Source: Lytechinus pictus (taxonomy: Eukaryota). Taken from it: a stretch of 64,000 nt of DNA. Each line of letters opens with the position of its first letter. The first letter of the stretch is position 1. The stretch is from positions 41,294,001-41,358,000 of the forward strand of contig NC_087245.1 in the NCBI RefSeq assembly GCF_037042905.1, given 5' to 3'. Under the pieces are notes generated by a model. That model had not been told where the DNA came from. It saw nothing but the letters and a program-made list of their open reading frames with translations, and searched no databases. Of this stretch, positions 1 through 13,008 are shown piece by piece. Position numbers and translations under genes: made by a program.

Positions 1-2121
1 ATTTCAAAAATATCTCAAAGTTAGATTTTCATGAAAAGGTGATTTTTTTCTCGCTCGCTTTGCTTGCTCGGGACTTATATTAAGCAGCTTTAAAAGCACA
101 TGTGTCATACTGCGCCTCTCGGTTTTTTTTTACTCTTCACGCTACTGCCGCAAAGAATCCTGTTCACAGTGGCGTACAAACCACAAAAAAGGAATGGAAA
201 GAGAAAAGAGTAAAATATATTATTTTCTCGATATCATGTCAAAATCTATCACAAAATTATCGCTACTTATTATTATTTTTTTTTTTATAAATTCTGCCCG
301 ATACGCAATATCTGGCCCTCTAAAAAAAGTCGCCTCATTACGCCTGTTCATACCATGATATGACCGGGAAATTTTTGGCTCTTGCCCCCCCCCCCCCCCC
401 CCCCCCCTGGCCACCGACCCCTGTTACGCCGCTGCGTACGAACCTTTTTGCAACCTTTTATGAACCTTTTGCAACCTTTTACAAACCCTGGCGAAGTCTC
501 GAATTCGCTTCCGTTCGCAAGCATTCGCCGCACAGTGAAACTCTTGTGTGAATGGTCGTATGCATAATTCCCTGGAAGATTTTTTTTGTTGGTTATTTCA
601 AGCACAATAAATGTTACTACCAAAGAGTTGTTCTCCCTTCTAATACTGATTATTCATTCTTTTTCCCTGTGGTAGTTTTCTTCTTATTTCATTCACTCTA
701 CAAAAATTTTTTGTTGCGAAAATACTCAAGAGCAAATGGTACATTACGGCACTGTGGGTAATACCCGATAGAGAACTATTGCCAAAGCATGTTAAAATTA
801 TTATTTTATGGTTCCGTTGATAAAATAGTTTAACGTATAAATACTTATTTCGACCTACATTTATTGCAAAAAGCTACTTTATTTATAAAACACTTCATAA
901 TTATTTCGTCTTATTGTTATTCTTCATCTCTGTTTTTTCCTTCATTTTCTTCAATTTTCCCTTTCCTCTTCTTATTTGTTTTAAATTAATTTCATTGTAA
1001 TAATCTTTATTAATATCGACAGACTGTGCTTACAATTTATTATAATCAATTATACTCATATTTCATGTTAAATAGTTCACATAGTTTGTAATCTTATGTA
1101 ACGACAATTTTCAAATTTACCTGATATCCAAAGTATATAAATACCAATGACTCTGTTGATAATTTTCTGGCTAAGGATTCGTTTTGAACCTGAAAACACG
1201 TTCCATTCGTTGAGATGTTATTTTCTCTTCGTTATTTTGTCTTCATACACTGTCATGGTTCTAAGTATTTAACAGTTGATATCGAACATGAGTGACTGTA
1301 TACAGCCTATCCTTTGTATATAATGGGTTTAAAATACATCTGAAAGCATTGAAAAATACACTCTTGAGGCAATTACATGATGCTTTAACATTAAACAGAT
1401 TAATATAACGCACGCCTCGTCGACATACATTGTGATATAAAGAGAATATAACCGGGCGCTTTAATTAGGCCTTTCGAGGGCAATAAAAAGCTGACAGGCG
1501 ACAGCATATTTATCAACGTATTTGTACGATTCGTGGTAGTATTGTACGTGATAGCGGTTACATGGACATAAATCACCCTGGCGTCAGACTTCACAGAAAC
1601 AAATTTTTGACATACTGTAAAATGCCACAATTATTTATCAAAACGGTTCTAACATTTTAGAGAAACTTCCCTTTCTCTCATCACTAATAGCTGGATCCGA
1701 ATTTGTCGAATGATCACTGATGGAAAGCATAATCGCATGTGTAATGATTTGATTGTGGAATTCAGTATGCACTAAACTATTGTTACTTAAAACGTATTAA
1801 TTCAACATTATGCAATATTAATGACAGTTGGTACTCCACGCTTCATTCGTGTATTGCAATAGATGGTCCGGTGGAAAGCTATATGTTTTCCCCCTTTTCC
1901 CCGAAATGAATTTTGTTTATTGCAAAGCAAGCGACTTGGATGAACGCCAATGATCCGCAGATAAATCGGCTCCTCGGAAACACATTCATTTGCAGAGTTT
2001 ATTCGACTGCTTGTGGTCAGTGATGCATTTTTACTGGAAGCGTTGAGTCATGATTGACAACAGTATTGTTTCCACTTTTTTGTCGGAATTATCAGGATTT
2101 GAAAATCACATTCATATTCCA

Positions 2122-2508
2122 TTAAAGTGATTGGCTAACATTGGTTTGACTTTTAAAAAATCTGAGCTAGAAGGTCACACTTGTCACCTGTGTCTGTGAT
2201 ATGTTACAAAAATGAAGCCGAGAAAAAATTGCGTTCGAAAATAATTATTTAGTGCTTCAAAAATTGAAATATAAAGTGACCGAAAACACCATCTAAATTT
2301 CATCCCATACACTTATGTGTACTATTTAGGCGTCTATAAGACGCCTATTTATAAATTCGGGATTTGCCTTGTATTTTTAGCTTTTCATTCTCAATAATGG
2401 TTGTTTTCAGGGTTTATTAGTTCTAATACATGCACTTGTACACATGTTTCATCTTGGTTTGAGAATTTTTTTTAATCGGCTGCTCACAAAGTTAAACAAT
2501 ACCTTTAA
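2122..2508. mobile_element. TTAA-flanked MITE (Kolobok-like)
   Basis: ttaa|agtgattggctaac ... gttaaacaatacct|ttaa; imperfect TIRs. Confidence 0.6.
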
Positions 2509-2613
2509 GCTGTTAAGTGCACCACGCAACGTGTGTCAGAACTAATATATCACAAATCTGTTCAAGAAAACTTCGCAATGTAAAGGCCTATGCATGTCTT
2601 AAAAATGACAACT

Positions 2614-3114
2614 TTAAAGGTTAAGTCCACCCCAGAAGAAATGTTTACTAGAATGTGAATGGAGGAAAATCTAACAAGCAAAATGCTGACATTTCATCAA
2701 AATCGGATGTAAAATAAGAAAATTACAACATCTTAAAGTTTTGCTTATTTTTCACAAAACAGTTAATACTTATGCACAACTCAGTAGCAGGCAGATTTAA
2801 GAGTCGATGACGTCCGCTCTCACAATTTTGTTTTAATTATACCATATTTCAATTTTCACAAGACAACGAGGAGATATTTAGAATATGTAATATTTTGCAT
2901 AATAAAGTACAAAAGAAACAGTGAGTGGATGACGTCATCGGTCCCCTCATTTGCATACCGGACAAGATGTCCATATAACTGTTTTATGAACTAAAAAGTG
3001 CCATAAAATTTCTGATTTTACATCCGATTTTTATGATTTTTTTAGCATTATGCTTGTTAGATTTTTCTATTTGTATTCAATTAAACATTTTGTTTGGGTG
3101 GATTTGTCCTTTAA
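2614..3114. mobile_element. TTAA-flanked palindromic MITE, family A (Kolobok-like)
   Basis: ttaa|aggttaagtccacccc ... gggtggatttgtcct|ttaa; long inverted arms; homologous to 30057-30665. Confidence 0.8.
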
Positions 3115-4539
3115 TATCCTTTTATAAGATTTCATACTTCGAAAAAAAAGATATATTGCCTGTCCATCCCCATCCAGCATATACCCTGGTGGAAATTCGT
3201 ATTTAAAAGATATCAAGTATCACCTTAACTAGCCTCACTAGCATATACCTGATGGGCAGAGGGCCCCTCCCCCCCCCAAAAAAAAAAAAAAAAAAAAAAA
3301 AACTACAAGACTACATTATGCTTGTCAGAAAGCTTTGGACAGTTGCTTTCTATTATGATCTATAACCGCTTTTTTTTTTAAATCGTCAGAAATTTTCTCG
3401 GAAGGGCATCCAACAGTAACATTTGACATTTTTCAGTTGTCAGAAAATGCCCCCGACGAAGTTTTCGAGAAACGCCATTGTAAGTCATCCGCCTTCGAAT
3501 GGCCAGTTTCTTCGACATGTTCGATGGCAACGTAGCCATGCACGCTTCTGATTGATGTAGAAACCTCGTTTCTTGCATTTTATTTAGCATGCCAGGTTCA
3601 AAACCGGCCAGCAAGCCGACCTTGTTATAAATTGCAACCGTCCATGATATTGAAATGTCAAGAAAACAACAAATCAATCGTGAGTGATATACCATCCCTC
3701 TCCTCTCGATTTGTTTACATTACCCCGAAGCAGAACCAGTAGCATATTCTTTTGAAATGAATTACAAGTTTCATGACGGAATGCGATTTGTATCCCTTTG
3801 TACCTATGACTATGTGTAATTACGGAGAGGGGGGGGGGGGGGGGGGGGAGGTGGAAAAGTCACCCCGGTAACTTTGATAAATAAAAGGGGGGAGGTATAT
3901 ATAATTAAAAAAAAACTGGTCTGGATCGTATAAATCTATCATTTCATTATTACTCAATTAATAATGTTAAACCAAATAATTTTGCCTCAGCTAAGATACA
4001 ACGTTGCGGTCATAACAAATTGAATATCGAATTTTGAATAATAATCAGCATGTCATATACGATATATATATACATATATGCTTGCTTTAAAAGTGTGATG
4101 AAAATAGGTAACCCTATACAAAATCCTTTCGAAAATGAAATGATTTGGAATATTTTAATAAAAGGACTTTCAGCTCCCTATTAACATCTATCACTTTTGC
4201 TGGAGTCAAATGTAGCCTTTTATCGTTAGGAAAACTCGCTTGTAGTTCATCTTTCCCGACGTGCTTTCGGTGAACCTCCTCGGGTGCTCTTTTCGAGAAA
4301 GGGTACTCTGAATCAATATGATTTATAATCTAACACGTTCGATAAACGTCAGATTGTGACGTTTCCATTAAAACGAGAAGGAACGGATATGGCATCCTTG
4401 ACATTGAATGCAAAAATGTGAGAAGAATGGAAATGTGGGCGAAAAACTTTAACATCTCATCTCAGTCTTACCATTCAACATAGGATAGTATAATTATGTA
4501 TAATACGCTTTTGAAAATGAAATGCAGATTATTGGTATT

Positions 4540-4659
4540 ATTAGTAATAGTAAATCGGAGTTTTATCATTAGTAGAAGAAGTATTCGTATTATTATTATT
4601 ATCATTATTATTATTCTTATAAGTTGTTGTAGTAGTAGTAGTAGTAGTAGTAGTAGTAT

Positions 4660-4724
<65 letters not shown>

Positions 4725-5130
4725 ATAGTAGTAGTAGTAGTAGTAGAAGAAGTAGTAGTAGTAATATCAACAGTAGTAGTTTAGTAGAAATAGTAGTATT
4801 GTTATATAGTTATATAGTATTACTATTATTATTATTATAAATAGTAGTAGTAGAAGAAGTTGTAGTAAAGATAGTATTAGTATTATTATTATTATTAGTA
4901 GTAGTAGTAGTAGAAGAAGAAGTAGTAGTAGTAATAGTAATAGTAGTAGTAGTATAGTAGAAATAGTAGTAGTTGTAATAGTAGTAGTAGAAGAAGTAGT
5001 AGTAATAGTAGTAGTATAGTAGAAATAGTAGTATTGTTATATAGTTATATAGTATTAGTATTATTATTATAAGTGGTAGTTATTGTTGTATAGGAGTAGT
5101 AGTAGTAGTAGTAGAAGTAGAAATAGTAGA

Positions 5131-5191
<61 letters not shown>

Positions 5192-5374
5192 ACGTAGTAG
5201 AAGAAGAAGAAGAAGTAGTAGTAGTAGTAGCAGCAGTAGTAGTAGAAGTAGTAGTAGTAGTAGTAGTAGCAGCAGTAGAAAAGTTGTAGGAGTAGAAGTA
5301 GTAGTAATAGCAATAGTAGTAGTAGTCTAGTAGAAATAGTAGTATTGTTATATTATTTTTATTATTATTATAAT

Positions 5375-5419
<45 letters not shown>

Positions 5420-5539
5420 AAATAGTAGTAGTAGAAGAAGTATTGGTAGAAGTAGTAATAAAGATGGTAGTAGTAGTAGTAGTAATATAAAAAGTAGTAG
5501 TAGAAGAAGAATTGGTAGTGGTAGAAGTAGTAATAAAGA

Positions 5540-5611
<72 letters not shown>

Positions 5612-5630
5612 AAGAAGTAGAAGAAGCAGG
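4540..5630. repeat. Long degenerate (AGT/TAG)n microsatellite with AGA, ATT and GCA interruptions
   Basis: Directly visible; it generates the poly-L/S/V/Y/T spurious ORFs. A short continuation occurs at about 5868-5888. Confidence 0.97.
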
Positions 5631-6176
5631 AGTGAAATGAGAAAAAAAAAGCGAACATGGCGCACGTGGCAAAATTTCTACAAATTTGCGAGCGAGCAAA
5701 AAATATGAACAATTTAACACATCGTATTATGGAATAGATTTTGATATAACATCTCGGGGGGGGGGGAATATCATATTTTTCACTTTTCCCATTACTTTTC
5801 TCTCTTTTTTTTGGGGGGGGGGGAGGGGGGGGGTCGGTATGGCCCCAAACCTTCATCTGACCGCCAGTGAGTAGAAGAAGTAGTAGCATACATAATTTTC
5901 TTTCTTTTTTGCCTGAGTAAAGACTACTGATACTTCAGGTATTGGCGCAGATATTCACTGCTGAATAATACGCGTCGTGTAAGCTAAAACAACAAGAACA
6001 TTACCATGAAATGAATAAAGACAATAAATAGGAATTAACTGAGTAAGTCTCTGAAATGAAGACATAGAAAAATAAAACAAACGTTTATTTTGCAAGAACA
6101 TACTGCATATTGGACATTCATTAACATGAAAAAGAAATGATTTAGAACTGAATCACTAACATTTTGATGTGACTTA

Positions 6177-6368
6177 GGGCCTTTTCACACATAATCTTGA
6201 ATCATCATTGTAATGATGATTGCTAATGTAATCGTGACTGTGATTAGCGTTCGTGATCCTAATCATGTTCCAATTTGGTTTCACACGTGCTAGATATTCG
6301 TCATTAGCTTTATTTTTTCTGGAATCATCATTCAAATCACAAATTTTTTTTACCGTGTGAAAGGGCGG
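6177..6368. mobile_element. Harbinger-like MITE, internally deleted copy
   Basis: tta|gggccttttcacac ... gtgtgaaagggcgg|tta; 3-bp TSD; homologous to 35483-35964. Confidence 0.75.
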
Positions 6369-7002
6369 TTACTCATTTAGTTGGAGCTTATTTTATCAAC
6401 CTATATCGTCTAACTCCTTTTTCATATGTGTACTTGCTACTTATTGAAGTTTGACCAAAATTCTCACTTGAAATGATAAAGTTGATACACAGTACTTATC
6501 CCCAATTATACATAGCACAAATGAAAGATGAAATTATTGAATGGAATCAACAAAAACATCATATGCACAGAAAGGATGTGGGAACGAAAAAAAATGAAAC
6601 CCAATCCCGATTGTATCTATAATAAATGTAATTGCCACAAATCCAGATTTCACAGATCAAAGCGTGTGCATTTCAATGCGCATATTTCCGATATGTGGAA
6701 TCCCGATAAAATAAATAATACTGCCTTGTCCTATCTGGTATTACCAAGTTATTACATATCATTCTGAAATAGCAGATGTTATGTATTTACATGGAGCATG
6801 TAGTAAAACAAGAAAATACAATTACGCTTGTTCTTGATTTGTTTATTTATTTGTTTATTTTTTTTGTTGGGGGGATTTTATATCTTTTACACACAATGTT
6901 GAAAAAACCCACTGTACTTAAATATGCAACATAAAGAGTAATCAATGCGCGCACTATACTCGACTAACCTTATTTCTGTTGCATTTCACGATCGAACCCT
7001 AT

Positions 7003-7240
7003 GGCCTGTATTCTTAATTCTGGTTTAATATAAAATGAATGGTGTAAAGGGTTCCATGACATTTGCTCTGGCGACAATTGCTCAGCTGTAAATTCCACAC
7101 ACTAATGGGATGACAAACTTCAACCTACCCTAAACCAAACTCTAAACCGAAAACAAAACCATATTGTAACCCTAACCAGTGGCGTACCTAGGATTTTCCA
7201 CAGGGGGGGGGGGCAAAATTTGCTGCCCAATAATTTGACA

Positions 7241-7282
<42 letters not shown>

Positions 7283-7853
7283 TCATCAAAAACAAAAATG
7301 AAGGTTTTCATACCCAAAAAAAAAAGGTTTTCGTACCAGAAAAAATTTGACAAGCAAAAAAAAAAAAAAAAAAAAAAAGGTCTCCAAGCTCATCAGGGAT
7401 GGTGGGCGATTAAGGTCTTCAGGGGGGGGGCAAAAAATGTTTTTTAAGCTCGTCAGGGGGGGCAGGTATATGTCTTTTGTATGGGTTGTGGCTCGTCAGG
7501 GGGGGCTGAGTGCCCCCCTGCCCCCCCCCCCGTAGGTACGCTAGTGACACTAACCCTATATCTTAGACGAAATAAAGACGGAGCAATTGTCGCCGGAGAA
7601 AATGTCGTGTCACCGGTTTAACTATGTGTAGCCGGTAGTGACACTTATCTCGTCAGTACTTTCAGTTCCCATAGCATTCACACTTGTTCGGGAATAATTA
7701 TTGAAATATATCTCTTCACCATTAAAACATGAAGGAAGAATATATGAAAAATACATCTATAAAATAAAAAAAAATTAAAACCCTTTTCAGCTCCTTTTTT
7801 AGCACAGAGTTAGACCATGGTCTAAGTTAATCTTGACTTCATAATGAAGGGCC
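7003..7853. mobile_element. MITE family B (ggcccgtattctgaag TIR), host of two nested elements
   Basis: Homologous to the uninterrupted copies at 34938-35242, 36881-37192 and 44044-44354. Confidence 0.7.
7177..7546. mobile_element. hAT-like non-autonomous element with poly-G/poly-A tracts
   Basis: TIR cagtggcgtaccta / taggtacgctagtg; 8-bp TSD accctaac / acactaac. Confidence 0.8.
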
Positions 7854-9166
7854 TATATGTTTTACACAAACATATCCATATATGCAGACTGAATCCAGCG
7901 GTTAACCAAAATGAACCATGCCACATCTTTAAGTTATTTAGATACCGATACAACAAAATCTTGAGACTTGATTTCGCCCTATCCAGTCAAAGCTAATATG
8001 CCGAGTAACTAAGATATGAAAATGATAAAACCTTATTACAGTTTTCTATTTTTTTTCTCCAGTAATCCAGACTGAACTAAACTTATAGAAGATTAAAAAG
8101 TAATATGGAACTCAAAATGAATTCGTTATTGAGCATGTTGATTACGTAACTCAAAGGTCGGTATAATTAATACCAGAAAGTATGGTCAAGTATCTTCTGC
8201 AATAGAATTATATGCTTGAGCTTATAATGGTATGTGTGTTGCTTTTGAAAACTAAAGGAACATTGCCATAGAGGATTCGATGATTTATCAATCAAATGAA
8301 AGTAATTTTCAGACCAAAATCATTTGTTATAGCTTGATTACGTAACAAAGGTCGATATAATTAATGCCAGAATATACGGTCGAGTGTCTACACGACTATA
8401 ATTATGCATCTATGTTTAATGTATTTCAAAGTGCGAGTTGTACTTTTGTTTCTCTCGCTTGCTTTCCTGTCCCCTCACATTTTCTTCTCTCGTCCTCTGT
8501 CTTTTGATATCTTTCTTCTTTTGCACCCTTCACACTCTCTCTTTCTATCTCTTTATATACATTACATACATGTTCAATTCACTTAACAATATAACAATGA
8601 TTAATTATACTCTCAAAGTGCTTACAATAAATACAGTGTATATTTCTCTATACATAATTTATATCAGTCTCTCTCTTTCTATCTCAGCTTTGTCATTTTT
8701 GGTAATAACCCCTCCTCTCCCTCTCCTCATTGTGTATCATCTGCTATTCTGGCGATCATCTTCTTTATATATGAGGCCTTATAAATTATCTTCAATCTAC
8801 TCTGTGACGTATTTACTTTTTTTTTCTTGAATAAAATTGGTAGAATTATTGCCGTTTGTAGAAATCAATCTTATGTGTAAACTATGTTTACAAAAATTTC
8901 TCTAAATCAACATAATGTCCATAAATTTTATATGCTTAACAGTAGATAATAGATATCTACAGTACATAACAGCACATCGTTGTTCTTGTATATATTATCA
9001 TCATTATTATAGTGTTTCTATTTTGGATTATTCATATTCAATAAGTACACATATATAATTTATACACTAGTATACTGTATATTTAGTTTGAACTCAGAAA
9101 TAGAAGCATGTAAATACCAAATAAATGACCTTATACATTTATCTTTCATCTTTGGAAAATTTGCAG

Positions 9167-9434
9167 TACTAAAAGGAGGGAGGTGGAGAAGAAGCAGAGG
9201 AAACTCCACCAGGCGGGGGACCGTGCACTGAGCAACATGAGACGGAGGGCCTACGATTCCTTCCTCGTCACATCGGGGGCCAAGGAGCACGACCTCCTCT
9301 CCAAAGACGAGCTCAACTTCCTCCAAGCTGCCGAGATCGGCGACCTCCCCACCGTCAAGCAGATGCTGGAGAACGACGACCTCGCGCCCAAGCTCCTCAG
9401 GTGCACGGATTACAAGGATAGAACAGCTCTGGAG
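9167..9434 (+). CDS. TRPC: TRPC channel, first identified coding exon (N-terminus, ankyrin repeat 1)
   Basis: ttgcag acceptor ends 9166; open frame ...MRRRAYDSFL...FLQAAEIGDLPTVKQMLE...CTDYKDRTALE; donor GAG|gtaggc at 9435. First in-frame ATG is at 9237, but the frame is open to the acceptor. Confidence 0.88.
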
Positions 9435-10649
9435 GTAGGCCTATACATAAGTCTAGAGGTTTAAGATTGCTCTCTTTGTATCTGTCAATTTACTTTAAAG
9501 GGTCTCAACGAAAATCAGGGTTTGTGCTGATTGGGCCCCCCTTATTATGTGAAATAAATAAGTAAACAAATAAATAAATGAAATATACAGTGCGTCCTAG
9601 AAAAAAACAGAGACCGAAAATTATCGATGATTTATCATAACTTTATCACAAAAACGACAAATTGCCTATCATCGTAGAGCTTAGAATCTCTTTTTTCACC
9701 TGGTATAACGCAGAAGATTCCTCATTCACGCATGAGTGAGTACACACAATTTGAAGAAAGAATATCATAAAGACACTTGTCCGGGGGGGGGTATCTATAT
9801 CTATTATCAGATTATTGTTCTTAATTATATTGAAGGAAAAAAAAAGAGTTATAAAGGTAGCCTTGCATTTAAAAAAAAAAAAAACTTTGTTCTATTTCCA
9901 TTGTATATATTGTTATTGGTTAATATGATTATCACGTTATTTAGTGTTTACCATAAACATTTATTTACTTTCTTGTATAGTCATATTGCTTGCAATGTAT
10001 ATTCATTTGTATTGATTTGTACGGTTATCATTTTATATCTGTGTAATTATTCCTTATCTTGTATTGAGTTGAGAAATGAAATAAAACTTGAACTTGAACG
10101 CAATAATTTTAGTTTTTCTATTACATAGAGAACCGATCCCACCCGGCACTTCATACTTCGGGCTGAAAATTTCTATCGAATTTCCGCTATTTCGATATTT
10201 TTAATATAATTTTTTATCACTAATGTATTGGAATACTAGCTCATAACAAGGCATATTCTATCATTCCTTTTTGTAACATCTTGTATATTAGTCGGCCTAA
10301 TTTAGAGAGCTATAAAACGAAAAGATGTAGATATTGGAGAAATATCAGTGACTTTTCAGCCAGAGTGGAATGTTACCCATGTAGTGAAAAATTGTCATTA
10401 TTATCAATATGACCAATCTGCATCCGATGGCCATTACCGGGCTGGTTTAAGATGACAGCACTTGAAGATATCATTAATGTGCTCACTACAGGATTGCGTC
10501 CATTCGGGCAATGTTTATGATGCTAAAGATGATCCTTTTTACATATGATTATGTATCTTTATACATGTAAAAAAAAAATCATGTTCATGGAAAAAATATA
10601 TGAATATGGTGGTAGTGATTATTTTTCCTGATTGCTAATAAAGTACAAA

Positions 10650-10808
10650 TAGTTCTAAGCAAGCAAACAGAGGACCAACGGCTTAAGGTCCTCTCCGAGG
10701 GACCTGGTCATAAAGATAATACCAAAGGACACTTGCGCGCCAAGTGGGAATCGAACCCGGGTCACCGGAATACGAAACCCCGCTCTACCGACTGGGCTAA
10801 CACGCCTC
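10650..10808 (-). mobile_element. tRNA-derived SINE (short; central domain may be Meta/V-type)
   Basis: Minus strand: A box tagcccagtcggtag, B box ggttcgattccc, then ggtccctcggagaggaccttaagccgttggtcc. Confidence 0.75.
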
Positions 10809-10870
10809 AAATCAAGTTTAAAAAGATATAGAAAAATAAATCAAGACGGTACATTCCCTTGTTATTCTAG

Positions 10871-11104
10871 GTTTCAACGGAAAGTGAACATCTTGAGATT
10901 GTGGAATTCCTGGTCCAGAAAGGAGGCCGAAAGCTCGACATCCAAGCCATCCAAGAATCTCTTATGTTGGCCATCAGTAAGGGGTACCTACGGATCACAC
11001 AAGCCTTGTTGAACCATCCCGTCCACCAGCGAAGCAAGGATAAGTTCAGACTAGGAAGTCTTACCAACTACTACCAAAGGAAGAATCATAGCAAGTTTGA
11101 GCAG
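10871..11104 (+). CDS. TRPC: TRPC exon, ankyrin repeats
   Basis: ttctag|GTT acceptor; VSTESEHLEIVEFLV...ESLMLAISKGYLRITQALLNHP...KFEQ; donor CAG|gtaatg; phase 0/0. Confidence 0.93.
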
Positions 11105-11724
11105 GTAATGTCGAATAGATACATGCATATGCCCTTGATTGACCGTGCTCATTAGGGGGCGGGGGGGGGGAGTTGCCACAGGAAGGTTAAAAACTTACTT
11201 TTTGCAACAAAAAAATCACATAAAAAAGAGCACAAATCCTTATTTTCACATTTAATTACAGCCGAATTCAATCAACACTTTGTATGCTCCGTCGTTTCAT
11301 TCCCTCTCCCACTTTTTTGCGTATAATCTTGACCACATTTTTAATACATTCTTGCACACAGCCTTGGGTATATGGCCTCTGGGAAATACTAGGTAAATTT
11401 GTAGCATGAGAAAGGGTATTTTGCACAAAACGTTATTTGGAAAAGTGTTGGCAATATACTAAGTGCCGTTAGGTTAAGTGGATAGAAGACGAAAAGCGTT
11501 TGCACCCTAAATATATTATTCAAAATGGTAAACAACCCTCGAAGAGTCCGAACATGCACTCTAAAACACTGAGTAAAATTTTACCAAAAATTAATATTGG
11601 GTAGAAAGGGAACATGCATGTTTGCTGGGTATTTTCTTTACCCCATATTGGGCTGTTTTAACGCAACATTTACCCAATATTCCAATTTTACCCATCATTG
11701 GGTAAACCTTTAGAGTGTGGAAAT

Positions 11725-11820
11725 AACTGGTTAAAATCCGAGGTCGGGATGAGGTTTCTTCAAAAACTCCAACCCTATCCTGGCTAAAACTGGCGATAAA
11801 ACTGTGACAGAAACAGGAAA
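11725..11820 (+). pseudogene. Degenerate copy of the 3' end of TRPC exon 13009-13245
   Basis: aactggttaaaatccgaggtcgggatgagg...ggctaaaactggcgataaaactgtgacagaaacagg aligns to 13150-13250 with indels and a CGA>TGA change. Confidence 0.9.
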
Positions 11821-12193
11821 TAATAGTTGATATTATAACTGGGTGTTTCGTATAGCTGTAACGAGCGACATTACAAACGACAGGTGATCATTTTCTTGTG
11901 GCAAATGATATACACCGAATTTTCATTGACGTTGATTTAGCTCCCAGGAAAACAAAGAAATGGTAAATTGGCTTAATGGCAATTATACCAAATGGTTACA
12001 GCAGAGGAACTTGTTTATAATTATACAAATTAGGAATAGGCCAAGCAAGTGAGACAAAAATGTAAAGTAGTCGTAGAAAAAAAGTGAAGATCAACCAGCA
12101 GTGAAATAATCTAACTAATCGGTGCCTTTACCCAATTACCCTCCATCACGCTCCCCTGTCTTCTTTTAACCCCCCCCCCCCTCCCCCATCCAG

Positions 12194-12484
12194 GACGTCA
12201 CTCCTCTGATGCTGGCGGCCCACTGCAACGAAATCGACATCATCAGGTTGCTTCTCAACCGCGGCGACACCATCAAGAAGCCACACAACTCCCTCTGTCA
12301 ATGCACCTACTGCAGCAACAAGAAACAGTTCGACCCGCTGAAGCACTCCCTGGCTGGGTTCAACACCTACCGTGCCCTGGCCAGTCCGGCGTTCATAGCA
12401 CTCACCAGCCCGGATCCCATCCTCACCGCCTTCCTGTTGAGTCAAGAACTCGCATCCAACGCCCGGATTGAGAAAGAATTCAAG
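12194..12484 (+). CDS. TRPC: TRPC exon, ankyrin 4 and H-x3-C-x-C-x2-C zinc site (TRP_2 domain)
   Basis: atccag|GAC; DVTPLMLAAHCNEIDIIRLLL...PHNSLCQCTYC...NTYRALASPAFIALTSPDPILTAFLLSQEL...IEKEFK; donor AAG|gtaaaa. Confidence 0.96.
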
Positions 12485-13008
12485 GTAAAAGGCAAGGGCC
12501 TGGGAACGATTTTCTAAGAGGAGGAGCTGGTTTGTTAAAAAAAAACGAAGCAAGAGAGAGGAAGAGAGAGGGAGAGAGAGGGAGAAAAGTTTTCACTCCC
12601 GAATGAACGTGATTTTGGTCAGAGGTAACTCTCCCCCGAAATGGATATGGCAGTGACTCTTGTCTTTGCGTCTCTGGTCACCCCCTGCACTTCACAGGGC
12701 TATGAGTTAAGGATGTCAAGAGAAACTCCGAGAATTGTAATAACAGATACGCCGTTTTTAAACAACAGTAATGTAGGGCATTATTGAACATTTTACTGAT
12801 ACAAGGATGGGGGAAAATATCGAGAAAAGGGGGATGATCCTAATCGTATCATATTAAGACTAATCGTACTTCCTCATAATGTGAGGTACCCATGCCCCCC
12901 AAAAAAAAATCTTTGTTAACTATTATCTATTTTCGAAACATCATGCAGAATGTGCGTTCGCCCGTATATGAGGCACCGTTTTTCTAATATTCAATGTTCT
13001 TTAACCAG

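Noticed and set aside
4468..5889. ORFs of 68-217 aa made of poly-L/S/T/Y/V
   Set aside because: Translations of the (AGT)n microsatellite; no splice or homology support.
8138..8410. Diverged direct repeat of about 75 bp (8138 and 8334)
   Set aside because: Old local duplication with no recognisable functional motif.
10735..10808. tRNA-like sequence with A and B boxes (also at the heads of the other SINEs and at 36344-36390)
   Set aside because: No complete cloverleaf or acceptor stem, and each continues into a SINE body, so these are not tRNA genes.
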